64,000 bases of DNA from Candidatus Methanomethylicia archaeon (GCA_038727515.1 JAVYVS010000002.1:1-64000); one strand, 5' to 3'. Positions 1 to 9,889 are shown, counted from the stretch's first letter. Numbers and translations are program-made. Notes: generated from the letters alone by a model not told the origin.

Positions 1-598
1 CTTCTTCACTTGTTCTGTCACTCTTTTTGAGGATTTCCTCAATGAAGTCTGCAGGTTTTTTAATGTCTTTAAACCTCAACAAAACCTCTAGTAATGTTGT
101 TCTATTCATGGCGGCGCAAACATATCTCAACATAAATAACATTATAAAGGTTCCAGCTATCCCAATAAGGTGCTCTCGTAATTGGGTAAAGCCGAAGCCA
201 GCCAACAGCACAATAACTGTGAGAAAAATAGCTGGAAATAAAAGATCAAGTGAAATGATGTATCGGGAAAAGATCCACTTAATATCATCTACGAATAGGA
301 GAGTGGATAATGTGAGGGGAATAGCTACTACGGGAATATAAGCATATGCAGAAAACTGAACAAATAAGGCTATAAAGAAAACTCCGGCAAGCAGAAAGAA
401 GATGAAACGCCATTTAAACTCGGACTTAAACCACATTTTTGGCAAGCTAAATAGTGATACGCAAGCCATCGCTAAGGAACAGTAAACATTAAACGTAACC
501 ATTAAACAGGTGAAGGATAGAATGACAAAAAATGTAAACGAGAACCAATCCGCGATCTTGCTAATATGATCCTCAATAGAAAATACCCTAATATCCAT
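1..598 (-). CDS. Multi-pass membrane protein of unknown function, 3' end beyond the window edge
   Basis: Hand translation from ATG at 598 stays open to base 1 (MDIRVFSIEDHISKIADWFSFTFFVILSF...) with several hydrophobic segments. It is absent from the ORF track because there is no stop in the window. Confidence 0.65.
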   Translation of the reverse strand, partial: MDIRVFSIEDHISKIADWFSFTFFVILSFTCLMVTFNVYCSLAMACVSLFSLPKMWFKSEFKWRFIFFLLAGVFFIALFVQFSAYAYIPVVAIPLTLSTLLFVDDIKWIFSRYIISLDLLFPAIFLTVIVLLAGFGFTQLREHLIGIAGTFIMLFMLRYVCAAMNRTTLLEVLLRFKDIKKPADFIEEILKKSDRTSEE

Positions 599-872
599 AA
601 AGCCATAACCATAAACTTAGTGGATTTTAAAGTTATATAAACTTTAACTAATTATTTAAGTATTAATGATGGATGGTCGGAGTGGATAAGTTTAACATCA
701 AAGAATTGAGATTCCTAATAAGCATTCCATTATATGCGAAGACCCACTCCATATTAAAGGCTTCTCGTCGTTTTCACCTCAATTATATCAATATCGCTGA
801 CGAATTCCTGAAGCTCATTGTCAATAAACTCATTAAAGGGATCAATGTACGAAGCTTTTACTTCTTCGATGC

Positions 873-1601
873 TTAGCGGTTATCCCTTTTCAAGACCTTC
901 TCAGATAAAGATAGAAGGCTGCCAAGCATGAAACTTAAGGCGTGTCCAGGAACATGGACCCTTTTTCCACTCTGCATAAATGGTTGATAGAGAAAACTAA
1001 TCATAATGAGGAGGAAGAGCGTGAAAAACACCAATGAAAATGCCAATAGTGATGTCAAGGATACCTTCTTCATTGTTGTTGAGGTTAAGCTTACAGAGTT
1101 GGATATCAAATAGATGGAGTAACCAAAAAGACAGTATACCGATATTGAGAAGCCGCAAATAGTGAGGCTTCATAGAATGACGACGATTGTATAAATAGAT
1201 ATAAAAATGGGGCCATGATTAAAATGACAAAATACATGAGTAGAAAGCACTTTCTGCTACCTTCAAGTAGCATTGTTAGAAATGCAAAAAAGAAGATAAA
1301 AGATGATATTACCAAGTAAATGATCCAGCTCAAAATGTATGTATTTTGCAGTAAGCAATGGCCATGGTGTAATGTTCTTTGGATGAAGGGCTAAAAGACT
1401 CTTGATATCGCTGGGAAGCCGGAAAATACTTAACAGAACCAGAGGAACCACCAACATCATTAGTAAAGAGTCCTTTCTCTTAAAGGACAAGAAATTTTCC
1501 TTAGGTCTTTGTAAAATAACATTAAGCTTTGGCGTTTTATCCATAATGCTAGCCATACATTGGAAGTTTCTTATCATTTGCACTCTTCCGCTTTTCGTCA
1601 A
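873..1601 (-). pseudogene. Frameshifted rhomboid-family intramembrane protease-like gene
   Basis: Three overlapping minus-strand ORFs (1263-1601, 1106-1333, 873-1109) carry consecutive rhomboid-like parts: PWPLLTAKYIHFELDHLLGN, hydrophobic helices and VPGHALSFMLG. The GxSG motif is degenerate (EASL). Confidence 0.6.
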
Positions 1602-1629
1602 CGAAGTATATTTCTACGTCGTCCAGCCA

Positions 1630-2370
1630 CAGCTCATACTCAGAGCAGCCTAGCTTCTCCCTAAGAAACTCTAGGCTCATTATGTCGCCAACCTTAAGCG
1701 CCTTTATAACCTCATCCCTAACTGCCTGGAGCTTGGACGCGCTGAATTATCGGCGTAGACTTCTTGGCGAAGATCTTCTCAGTCCTCTCAAAGGCTTCTG
1801 GTATGGCTTGTTCCTTAAGGTTTAGATGGGTCGATCCAGGTGATAATGTAGCCCTCCCTAAAAGGCGACTCGCGTCCCTCACTCCTATAACCCCTAATGT
1901 AGACCAGGCCCCTACGCTCAAGTCTTCTAACATTAGACATGACGTCCGGCGGCCTAACCCCCTATCAGCGAGAAGATCCGCAATCTCACGCGCAAAGAAG
2001 GCCTTATCACGATCCTCCTCAAGAAACCTGTAAATTATCTGCGCCTTACTCTCAGTCCTACCATTAGCCCGGGAGGCAGTAAACCCAACAAACCTAATAC
2101 TGTTAACTATAGCTTCGCCACAACCCTTAGGCGCAACAACATACAGAAAATATTTCCTAAGGTTTCTCGACGCCCCAGCCCTACCCTTAAACATCTGCTC
2201 AGACTCCATGGACGGCTTCTCAGACCGTAAGACTAGGCTCCCCCTCCAAAGCCTATATAAGCAGCCCTCAAGCCCAAACCAGTAGAGACGACAATATCCC
2301 TATAAGACCGCGGAACACCATCAGAGAGAACCCTCAAAACAGCCTCAACAGTCCGACCAACCAAACCCAA
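1630..2370 (-). pseudogene. Frameshifted gene with winged-HTH-like segments; GC-richer than the host
   Basis: Protein-like segments continue across frames: RTVEAVLRVLSDGVPRSYRDIVVSTGLG / LVLRSEKPSMESEQMFKGRAG...KAFFAREIADLL / GLVYIRGYRSEGRESPFREGYIITWIDP / AVRDEVIKALKVGDIMSLEFLREKLGCSEYE. Boundaries are approximate. Confidence 0.55.
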
Positions 2371-2523
2371 ACATCAACAATAAAATAGTGTTGGCCAAAT
2401 ATTTAAAAGCGTGGGGTTCAAACCGAAAAGAAAAATAGAAACTCACACAAAAACAAAGCAAGAATTAAGCTCGTTTCTTCCCGAAAACAGCCAAAAAGGT
2501 GATCCTGAAATGAGTAAAAGATA

Positions 2524-2600
2524 TGGTGCCGGGGGTGGGATTTGAACCCACGGCGGTCCGGTCTTCAGCCGGATGCTCTCCCAGTCTGAGCTACCCCGGC
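2524..2600 (-). tRNA. tRNA-Phe(GAA), CCA encoded
   Basis: Reverse complement GCCGGGGTAGCTCAGACTGGGAGAGCATCCGG-CTGAAGA-CCGGACCGCCGTGGGTTCAAATCCCACCCCCGGCACCA folds as a cloverleaf. Confidence 0.96.
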
Positions 2601-2654
2601 TAAAATTATTATCGGAGTATTTAATTTATTTACTTTTCTCTCTTACAACTCAAC

Positions 2655-3704
2655 TTATACTATATTGTATTCATGAATGCTTCCCATTTCTAATATCAAT
2701 AGTTTGATTAAATTTTCTAAGTCGTTTAGACTTATCGTTTCCACGAGGGAATGTGAATACTTCATTGGTACTCCTATAGCTATTAGCTTACTCCCCCTTT
2801 CTTGGCATACTGATCCATCATTTCCTCCTCCCGTTACCCCTATTTGTATTGGTATTTTGTTTTCTTGCGCTTTTCCTATAGTATATCTTATGAGATCCAT
2901 ATTTGATATTGAGCTTCTATCTATTGCTCTTATTACAGGTCCATTTCCAATTTGTACGTCACCTGTTAATGTTGAACAACATGGAAAGCTATCTACTGCT
3001 ATTGTTATTTGTGGGTTTATTTGATTTGCTACTACTTTTGCCCCCTTTAATCCCACTTCCTCTTGAACTGACCATATAAAGTATATTTCATCCTTGAATT
3101 CCATGTTTTCATTTATAATATTTTCTAAAGTTTTTATTAATGCTATACATCCAAATCTATCATCTAATGATCTTGCTGAAACTAGATTATTTGCTAATTT
3201 TATAAAGTTCTTTTTTGGTACAATTGGATCCAGCACTTTTACACCCATTTTTTCTACTTCTATTTTACTGTTTGCACCTACGTCTATTCTGAGTTGATGC
3301 CACGGTATTATTTTCTGCGCTTCTTCTATTGCTAGATGTGGTGGTGTAATACCTATTACTCCATTTATCTCTCCTTTTTCTGTTATTATCTCCCATAAAG
3401 TTCCAGGTAGTAAAATATCTTGTATTCCTCCAATCTTAGAAAAGGCTATTTTACCATCTTGTTCTATTTTAGTTACTACTAATCCTATTTCATCCATATG
3501 TGCTATTAATGCTATCCTTCTTTCCCCACTTCCCACCTTTACAATTAAGTTTCCAATAGCATCTATAATTACGTTTTTCTCATCTACTATCTCAATAACT
3601 TTACTTCTAATATATTCTCTAATTCTACCCTCATAACCAGATACTCCGGGTATCTTTACCATTTCCTCTAATTCCTTTTCTAATTCTAACTTGTTCATGT
3701 ACAC
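2655..3704 (-). CDS. M42 family (TET) aminopeptidase
   Basis: Metal-ligand motifs AHMDE, LDDR, QEEVG and YSHS; PGVSGYE N-terminus. Confidence 0.92.
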   Translation of the reverse strand: MYMNKLELEKELEEMVKIPGVSGYEGRIREYIRSKVIEIVDEKNVIIDAIGNLIVKVGSGERRIALIAHMDEIGLVVTKIEQDGKIAFSKIGGIQDILLPGTLWEIITEKGEINGVIGITPPHLAIEEAQKIIPWHQLRIDVGANSKIEVEKMGVKVLDPIVPKKNFIKLANNLVSARSLDDRFGCIALIKTLENIINENMEFKDEIYFIWSVQEEVGLKGAKVVANQINPQITIAVDSFPCCSTLTGDVQIGNGPVIRAIDRSSISNMDLIRYTIGKAQENKIPIQIGVTGGGNDGSVCQERGSKLIAIGVPMKYSHSLVETISLNDLENLIKLLILEMGSIHEYNIV

Positions 3705-3769
3705 TTTTATTCATGGTTTACTTTTAAGTTTTATTAGTAGCCTTTTTGTTTATGATTTTGGTGTTATTT

Positions 3770-4924
3770 TTGTGGAATGGCATCCTTGTTGCTTATGGTG
3801 AAATAGCTCTTAAATCTGATTTTGTTAGGCGTAGGTACGTTGGAAAGTTAATGAAAAATATTTCCATTGGCTTAAGGAATGAAGGTTTAAATTTTAAGAT
3901 TAAACATAGGTGGTCTAGGATTCTAGTTGAGATTGATGATATTGATAAAGCTATAAATATTTTATCTAGGATTTTTGGGATATCCTACTTTTCACCATAT
4001 ATCTATGTTAGTTTACCTCAACTTGAAGATTTTATCTTTCAAAATTGTAAAAATTTTCTGAATGGGATCAATACATTTGCTATTAGGGTTAGGAGAAGTG
4101 GTCAACATAATTTTACTAGCAAGGATCTTGAAGCTAAACTTGGAGCTATAGTTAAAGAGAAGACTGGTTTAAAGGTTTCATTGGATAATCCTGAGAGAAC
4201 CATATATATTGAGGTTAGAGATAGTGAATGCTATATCTACTTTGATAAATTTAGCGGTTTGAATGGAGTTCCATTAGGAACTTCTGGTAGAGTTGTTTGT
4301 CTTGTCTCTGGTGGTATTGATTCTCCTGTAGCTACTTGGCTTATGATGAAACGTGGATGCCCAGTTTCTATACTTTATGCTGATATGAATGATAATGCTA
4401 GATTTAAAAAGGTTATTGATGTTTCTCGAAAAATTTCAAATTGGCATTTAGGTGAAACTATGAATCTATATTCCTATGACCATTTTAAGTGGCTTCAAAA
4501 CATTATGGGTAGAAGCGGCAAATATACTTGTATTTTATGTAAGATTATGATGTATAAAGTTGCTGCATACTTAGCTAAATCTCTTGGTGCTTGGGCTATT
4601 GTAACTGGAGAATCATTAGGTCAAGTTGCATCGCAAACACATGATAATCTAATGGTTTTAAGCTCATTTTCAGAAATACCGTTAATCCGACCTTTAATTA
4701 GCTATGATAAGGAAGAGATAATCTCATTATCGAAAAAGCTTGGATTATATGAATATGCCATCTATAAAGATAATTACATTAGTCATAATATTGATTGTTG
4801 GGCTAGACCTAAACACGTTACTACTAAAGCTGACCCTGAAACTACTTCAAAACTTCTTTTAGAATTAGATTTTAATAACTTCATTAATGAGTGTATTAAG
4901 TCCATCAAGGTCATTAACTTTTAA
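3770..4924 (+). CDS. thiI: tRNA 4-thiouridine synthase ThiI
   Basis: YGEIALKS N-terminus, THUMP domain, PP-loop SGGIDS and GESLGQVASQT. TTG start at 3770 preferred (ORF open from 3746). Confidence 0.93.
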   Translation: MWNGILVAYGEIALKSDFVRRRYVGKLMKNISIGLRNEGLNFKIKHRWSRILVEIDDIDKAINILSRIFGISYFSPYIYVSLPQLEDFIFQNCKNFLNGINTFAIRVRRSGQHNFTSKDLEAKLGAIVKEKTGLKVSLDNPERTIYIEVRDSECYIYFDKFSGLNGVPLGTSGRVVCLVSGGIDSPVATWLMMKRGCPVSILYADMNDNARFKKVIDVSRKISNWHLGETMNLYSYDHFKWLQNIMGRSGKYTCILCKIMMYKVAAYLAKSLGAWAIVTGESLGQVASQTHDNLMVLSSFSEIPLIRPLISYDKEEIISLSKKLGLYEYAIYKDNYISHNIDCWARPKHVTTKADPETTSKLLLELDFNNFINECIKSIKVINF

Positions 4925-5066
4925 CTTTGTCATCATTAAAATTAGTTTTCTTTATAATGCTTTATGAAGTAAAATTTATATTATTCTGGTACTTTCTATT
5001 TTACTTGCCGACTTCATTTTATATGGGTTTTAAACTATTATTTCAGCGATTTTGAAGGTGATTTTC

Positions 5067-6284
5067 ATGAGAGTTTTATTGATAGGTTTAGGATTGGTTG
5101 GTGTTAATATTTGTAGAATACTTGCTTCTAGTAGTAGGGTATCAGAGTTGATTTGTTGTGATAAGAGTTTAAGTAAGATTAATTCAATTAAATCATCTTT
5201 ATTGAAATTAAATCTTTATAATGATTTTCTCTCAAATGTAGAGTTTAAAGAGTTGAATGCTTCAAGAATACGTGAAATTGAAAAATTGGCTAAGAGAGCT
5301 GATATTGTTATTAATGCTGCTCTTCCAATTTTCAATATCAAGATTATGAAGGCATGTTTGAATGTTGGTGTAAATTATCTAGATTTAGCTTCTAATGATT
5401 ATGCTAAAGCTGAACAATTATCTCTACATGAAGATTTTATTAGAGAGGGGTTAACCGCTATTATTAATTCAGGTTTTTCACCTGGATTAACAAATTTAAT
5501 GGCTAAGTGGTGTTCAGAGGTGCTTACTGAAATTGAAGTTTTGAAGATAAGATTAATAGAAGATCAAATTCCATATTGGCGTATTTGGTCATGGTCTCCA
5601 TATTTAACAATAGAACATTTTGCTTCTCCACCAATAGTATATGAGAATGGTAGGTTTAAAATTGAAGAACCTTTAGGAGGCGTTGAGGAATATGTATTTC
5701 CATCTCCAATTGGTAAGAAGAGAACGTATCTGATTTATGGTGATGAAATTGCAACTATTCCAAACTATATAAAAGTTAGGAAGCTTGATTTAAAGTCTGG
5801 TGGATCTGAAATAGAATTTATTAAGGGTCTCTATAACCTTGGTCTATTTAAGAATAATGAAATTAAAATTGGTAAGAAACGTATTGCTCCCCTTAGAATG
5901 CTATACGAGTTATCAAAGAAATTTAATGGCTATAATCCAATGGATTACATACATCACTTGGATGATATGGTTATTGCTGTATCATTGGAAGCTATTGGTG
6001 TAAAAGGTGGCGAGAAATCTATGGTTAGAATTCATGCATTACCTCCAAGCTTAAGTGAATTGCTTAGTAAAAATGTAATGAGTACTCCTACAGCATTTTC
6101 TGCTGCAGCAGTATCATCTATGTTAATAGAATCTTTCCATGAAATAATAAAGAACAAAGGTGTTTATCCATTAGAAGCTTTAGAAATAAGTTTAGTGGAG
6201 AAATTGTTATCCAATTTAAGTAGTCATTATAATATTAAAGTCATATATGAACCCATTAAGATAATTAAAGATGTAAGTCGTTAG
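5067..6284 (+). CDS. Saccharopine dehydrogenase-like / carboxy(nor)spermidine dehydrogenase-like oxidoreductase
   Basis: Rossmann GLGLVG, INAA, NYLDLA, GFSPGLTN, WSP and terminal GVYPLE. Confidence 0.8.
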   Translation: MRVLLIGLGLVGVNICRILASSSRVSELICCDKSLSKINSIKSSLLKLNLYNDFLSNVEFKELNASRIREIEKLAKRADIVINAALPIFNIKIMKACLNVGVNYLDLASNDYAKAEQLSLHEDFIREGLTAIINSGFSPGLTNLMAKWCSEVLTEIEVLKIRLIEDQIPYWRIWSWSPYLTIEHFASPPIVYENGRFKIEEPLGGVEEYVFPSPIGKKRTYLIYGDEIATIPNYIKVRKLDLKSGGSEIEFIKGLYNLGLFKNNEIKIGKKRIAPLRMLYELSKKFNGYNPMDYIHHLDDMVIAVSLEAIGVKGGEKSMVRIHALPPSLSELLSKNVMSTPTAFSAAAVSSMLIESFHEIIKNKGVYPLEALEISLVEKLLSNLSSHYNIKVIYEPIKIIKDVSR

Positions 6285-6319
6285 ATTTAGATAATTCTTT
6301 TTCATCAATAATGTGTTCT

Positions 6320-8233
6320 CTAACCTATATACGTCCTTAAAGCTGCCTTTATTGCTCCTATAACATTCTCCATCATTATAGTGGGTCTAGCGAATTTCCT
6401 CTTCACATTTTCAATTTTTTCTCCAAGTACATCTATTTTTTCCATATCTATTTCCCCCATACCCATTTTATATGCTTTCCACAGTATTTCAACGGCATAA
6501 GGGTTTATCTCCATAATTCTACAGCATACGGCATCTACTGTTACTGGATTTAAACCTGAAACTATTAAGTTAAGATTAACTGGTTTCCCTAAAACTGGTC
6601 CTAATCCCTCCATTCCAATTATTCCATCAACAATTATTAGATCTTGTTTAACGATTTTATTTATGTACAGTATGATATCCATTAATTTTTCATGTAAAGC
6701 CATCTTCTTTTTATCACTTAATATTCCAAACATATTCTTCATAGATATTGAAATCACTAAATTTTTAACATTACATGTTTTTATCTTTGGTATATTGATG
6801 AAGTAATCAGCATTTAAAACTGTTTTTGGTATATGAATCTTAAATCCAGCAACTTCATGTTCTTCACTTTCATCACGGCTTAGATTTATGAATTCAGCAT
6901 TATTCTTCTCTATAATCTCCATAATCCCACTCTTCTTAACTCTTTTCTCAGCACTTCCAGAATTATTATCAGATTCTACGACAATTATTTTATCCGTGTA
7001 CTTTCTAACAATTTTTAAAACTGCTTCTAGAATACGGGGATCTGTTATAATCATGCCATCTGTATTCTTCCATAAGCATATATTTGGTTTAATAACTACC
7101 TTAGCATTCCTCTGTATATTTAAGCCTCCGAGAAGCTCTATAGATTTTCTAATAGCTCCCTGAATGTCTCCATCAACTTTAACTATAGCTACTTTCTCTC
7201 TATGAGAAACTTCTCTTATACCCACCCCTCCCTCAATTGAATTCACAATCATACTTAATGCTTTAACAGTTTTAAAACCATCTTCAATGCTAATTCTCGG
7301 TTTCTCATAACCATTAATTAAATTTATGAAGTGCATATGTTCTCTAAAGAATGATGGGTGATTTAGAATTTTAAAGTATTGAGTGAATCTATATCCTACA
7401 TAGATAGTCTTTTTCTCTTCACCCTTTTTCACCATCAGTTTATATGGAGAATTAAAGATATTCATTGATATGGATCCTAAATCACCCTTTACATTAAATT
7501 TAAATGTTGGAATTCCATTTGACCATGCTGATGAAAGGATTCCTCTAACACCATTTTCAAAAGTGACGTCAACTTCAACCTTCTCTATTATGGCTTTATT
7601 ATTAAATTTTGGTTTTACCGAATTTACTTTTGTTATTAAACCACATAGATCTTGAGATAAATATATGGCATGTACAAGTAAATCTTCAATTACACCACTT
7701 GTCGTCTGAAAACGAAAATCTGTAGCTGGTTTATATAATAGTAGATTTGTAACCACTTTACCATAAACTTCCCTTACTTCCCCTATTAAACCACTCTTAA
7801 CATATTCAACAGCTTTTTCAAAGCATGGAGTGAAAATATAGTTGTGTGAAGGCATTATAATTAAATTTTCAAATATAGAATTACGTTTTAAAACTTCATT
7901 AATCATTTCAATTTCATCTATACACGTAGCTATTGGTTTTTCACATAAAACATGTTTCCCATGATTTAATGCTTCCACAATCATCTTTGCATGAAATTTA
8001 GGTGGTGTTAAAATCCATACAGCATCAATATCAGCATTCTTTAATAAATGACGATAATCAGTATACTCTTCAATGTTAATTAAATTAAATTTATTTATAA
8101 TCTCCTTAATACGCTTTTCATTAATATCAGCTAAAGCTTTAACTTCTATTTCTGGAATTTTTCGTACTGCTGGTAAATGAAATCTTTTAAGAACACTACC
8201 ACATCCTATTACACCAACTTTCACTTTTCTCAA
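6320..8233 (-). CDS. Gfo/Idh/MocA oxidoreductase fused to a C-terminal DUF362 domain
   Basis: N-half has GVIGCG and GKHVLCEKP. C-half has VVIKPN, TDP, NIPKIKT, SMKNMFG, DGIIGMEGLGP and PVTVD. Confidence 0.85.
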   Translation of the reverse strand: MRKVKVGVIGCGSVLKRFHLPAVRKIPEIEVKALADINEKRIKEIINKFNLINIEEYTDYRHLLKNADIDAVWILTPPKFHAKMIVEALNHGKHVLCEKPIATCIDEIEMINEVLKRNSIFENLIIMPSHNYIFTPCFEKAVEYVKSGLIGEVREVYGKVVTNLLLYKPATDFRFQTTSGVIEDLLVHAIYLSQDLCGLITKVNSVKPKFNNKAIIEKVEVDVTFENGVRGILSSAWSNGIPTFKFNVKGDLGSISMNIFNSPYKLMVKKGEEKKTIYVGYRFTQYFKILNHPSFFREHMHFINLINGYEKPRISIEDGFKTVKALSMIVNSIEGGVGIREVSHREKVAIVKVDGDIQGAIRKSIELLGGLNIQRNAKVVIKPNICLWKNTDGMIITDPRILEAVLKIVRKYTDKIIVVESDNNSGSAEKRVKKSGIMEIIEKNNAEFINLSRDESEEHEVAGFKIHIPKTVLNADYFINIPKIKTCNVKNLVISISMKNMFGILSDKKKMALHEKLMDIILYINKIVKQDLIIVDGIIGMEGLGPVLGKPVNLNLIVSGLNPVTVDAVCCRIMEINPYAVEILWKAYKMGMGEIDMEKIDVLGEKIENVKRKFARPTIMMENVIGAIKAALRTYIG

Positions 8234-8410
8234 ATACTAATGCACCATTATAATTAAAATTCCAATTTAAAATTTAAAACTTAAACTATAAAGATCGGTG
8301 GTTTACAATCATGGAATATCTGTTATCTTCTTAAACATTAAATTATACAGTAACCCAATAGCGCTAGATATCTATAGTTAAAATTCCATTTAAATAATAA
8401 TTTCAATTAG

Positions 8411-8494
8411 CGCCGGGGGCGGGATTTGAACCCGCGAGTCCCCGAAGGGACACAGGCTCTCCAGGCCTGCGCCTTACCGCTAGGCTACCCCGGC
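8411..8494 (-). tRNA. tRNA-Ser(GGA)
   Basis: Cloverleaf with anticodon loop CTGGAGA, long variable arm GTCCCTTCGGGGAC and discriminator G. Confidence 0.96.
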
Positions 8495-8528
8495 TAAATT
8501 TATTATTATTTTAGGTAATCTAAATAAT

Positions 8529-9528
8529 TTATTTCCACATCTTTGGATATGTTCCTCTCTCCATGATAACTCTTCTAACTTTTACCATTATTCCTCTTTC
8601 TTCATTTAATATTTCTTCACTACTTTTTTGTGAAATTCCAAGAGCCACTAATTCTCCCTTCTTAGTTATTATCGCTACTAAACTTCCACGTTTTATATTA
8701 CTTTCCAGTGTTAGTATTCCTTGCGCTGCTAAATTTGCACCATGACATATGGCGTCTACAGCACTATCTCTTATGGTTATCTTTGGTATTCCTTCAATAA
8801 CTTTTTCAACTGGTAATATTATTTTTCTCAATTCATCCTCTTTTCCTTCTTCAATCCATGTATCATATGCATCTTTAAGTCTATGTAGTGTTGTTAATGT
8901 TTCATCTTCTTTGAATACTCCACTCTTCGTTCTTCTGAGTTCTTGCATATGCCCACCTGTTCCAAGCACTATTCCAATGTCATGGCATAATTTTCTTATA
9001 TATGTTCCCGCTTCGCATCCTATTCTCATTAATACATCTCTATTAGAAATTTCAAGTAAATCAATATAATATATGGTTCTAATTCTCACAACTCTCTTTA
9101 CTGAAGATTTTAATGGAGGTCTTTGATATATTTGTCCTGTAAATTCTTTACATACTTCTCTTATTTCATTTTCACTAACATTTCCATGTAGTCTCATAAC
9201 GCAAATATATTCTTTTGGTGCTTTTGCCATTGCAATCATAGCTTTTGTAGCATTTTCTAAAGCTATAGGTAATACTCCAGATACCTTTGGGTTTCCCCGC
9301 CTAATAAGGCTCTAGGGTCCCGGCATGACCTGCTTTATTTACTTTTAATATTCTCTTTACCCATGCTGTTATTTCATGGCTTGTGGGCCCCGGGGTTTTA
9401 TCTATGTTTATTACTCCATATTTAATGTGTATTTGCATTGGTCTTTCATACGGGTTTATACCATATTCTGGATTTAATGGTTCCTCATCTTTTACCAATA
9501 TTTCCCCTTTATGAAATATATTCTCCAT
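8529..9528 (-). CDS. cbf5: H/ACA RNA-guided pseudouridine synthase Cbf5; spliced CDS = 9528-9312 joined to 9292-8529 (326 aa)
   Basis: Exon 1 has [11 protein letters not shown]...GHAGTL. Exon 2 has [21 protein letters not shown] and a PUA domain. Removing 19 nt restores GTLDPKV and gives a 981-nt frame. Confidence 0.93.
9293..9311 (-). other. 19-nt archaeal bulge-helix-bulge intron in cbf5 pre-mRNA
   Basis: RNA GGGA-CCCU-AG^A-GCC-UUAUUA-GGC-GGGG-AA^A-CCC: two 3-nt bulges around a 4-bp helix (CCCU/GGGG). The intron contains an in-frame UAG. Confidence 0.9.
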
Positions 9529-9578
9529 ATTTATCCCTCAATAAATTTGTTTATTTTAGTTTTTTAATTTGTTATTGA

Positions 9579-9869
9579 TCATGGTAGTTTTATTTTTACA
9601 CTTTCCTTCATTGCTTCTAATAGATTCATTTCCCGCAATTTTTCTATAATTTCTTCATCTGAAGCTCCAGCTTTTATCTCTATTTTAATTTCTGTTGGTT
9701 CTAAATGCTTTATGTTGCTTCTCCTTCTTTTTACTCCATTTAAGCTTTTTGGCCCTGTTACTAATACAAATTTATCATCCATTATATCTACTATTACACA
9801 TTTCTTACCAGCTTCTCTACCTCTAGTTTTTACACATATCCTCCCCACTTCTATTGCTGGCATACTCAT
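9579..9869 (-). CDS. rpl14e: 50S ribosomal protein L14e
   Basis: [29 protein letters not shown]. Confidence 0.95.
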   Translation of the reverse strand: MSMPAIEVGRICVKTRGREAGKKCVIVDIMDDKFVLVTGPKSLNGVKRRRSNIKHLEPTEIKIEIKAGASDEEIIEKLREMNLLEAMKESVKIKLP

Positions 9870-9889
9870 CCCCTCATCAAAAACGCAAT

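Noticed and set aside
27-876. Plus-strand ORFs 27-341 and 673-876
   Set aside because: The first is antisense to a longer membrane-protein frame; the second has no recognisable features. Neither can be supported.
8529-9528. cbf5 as a pseudogene, sequencing frameshift or two-gene split
   Set aside because: The interruption is a precise 19-nt BHB-forming insert in the catalytic Asp codon, matching known cbf5 introns.
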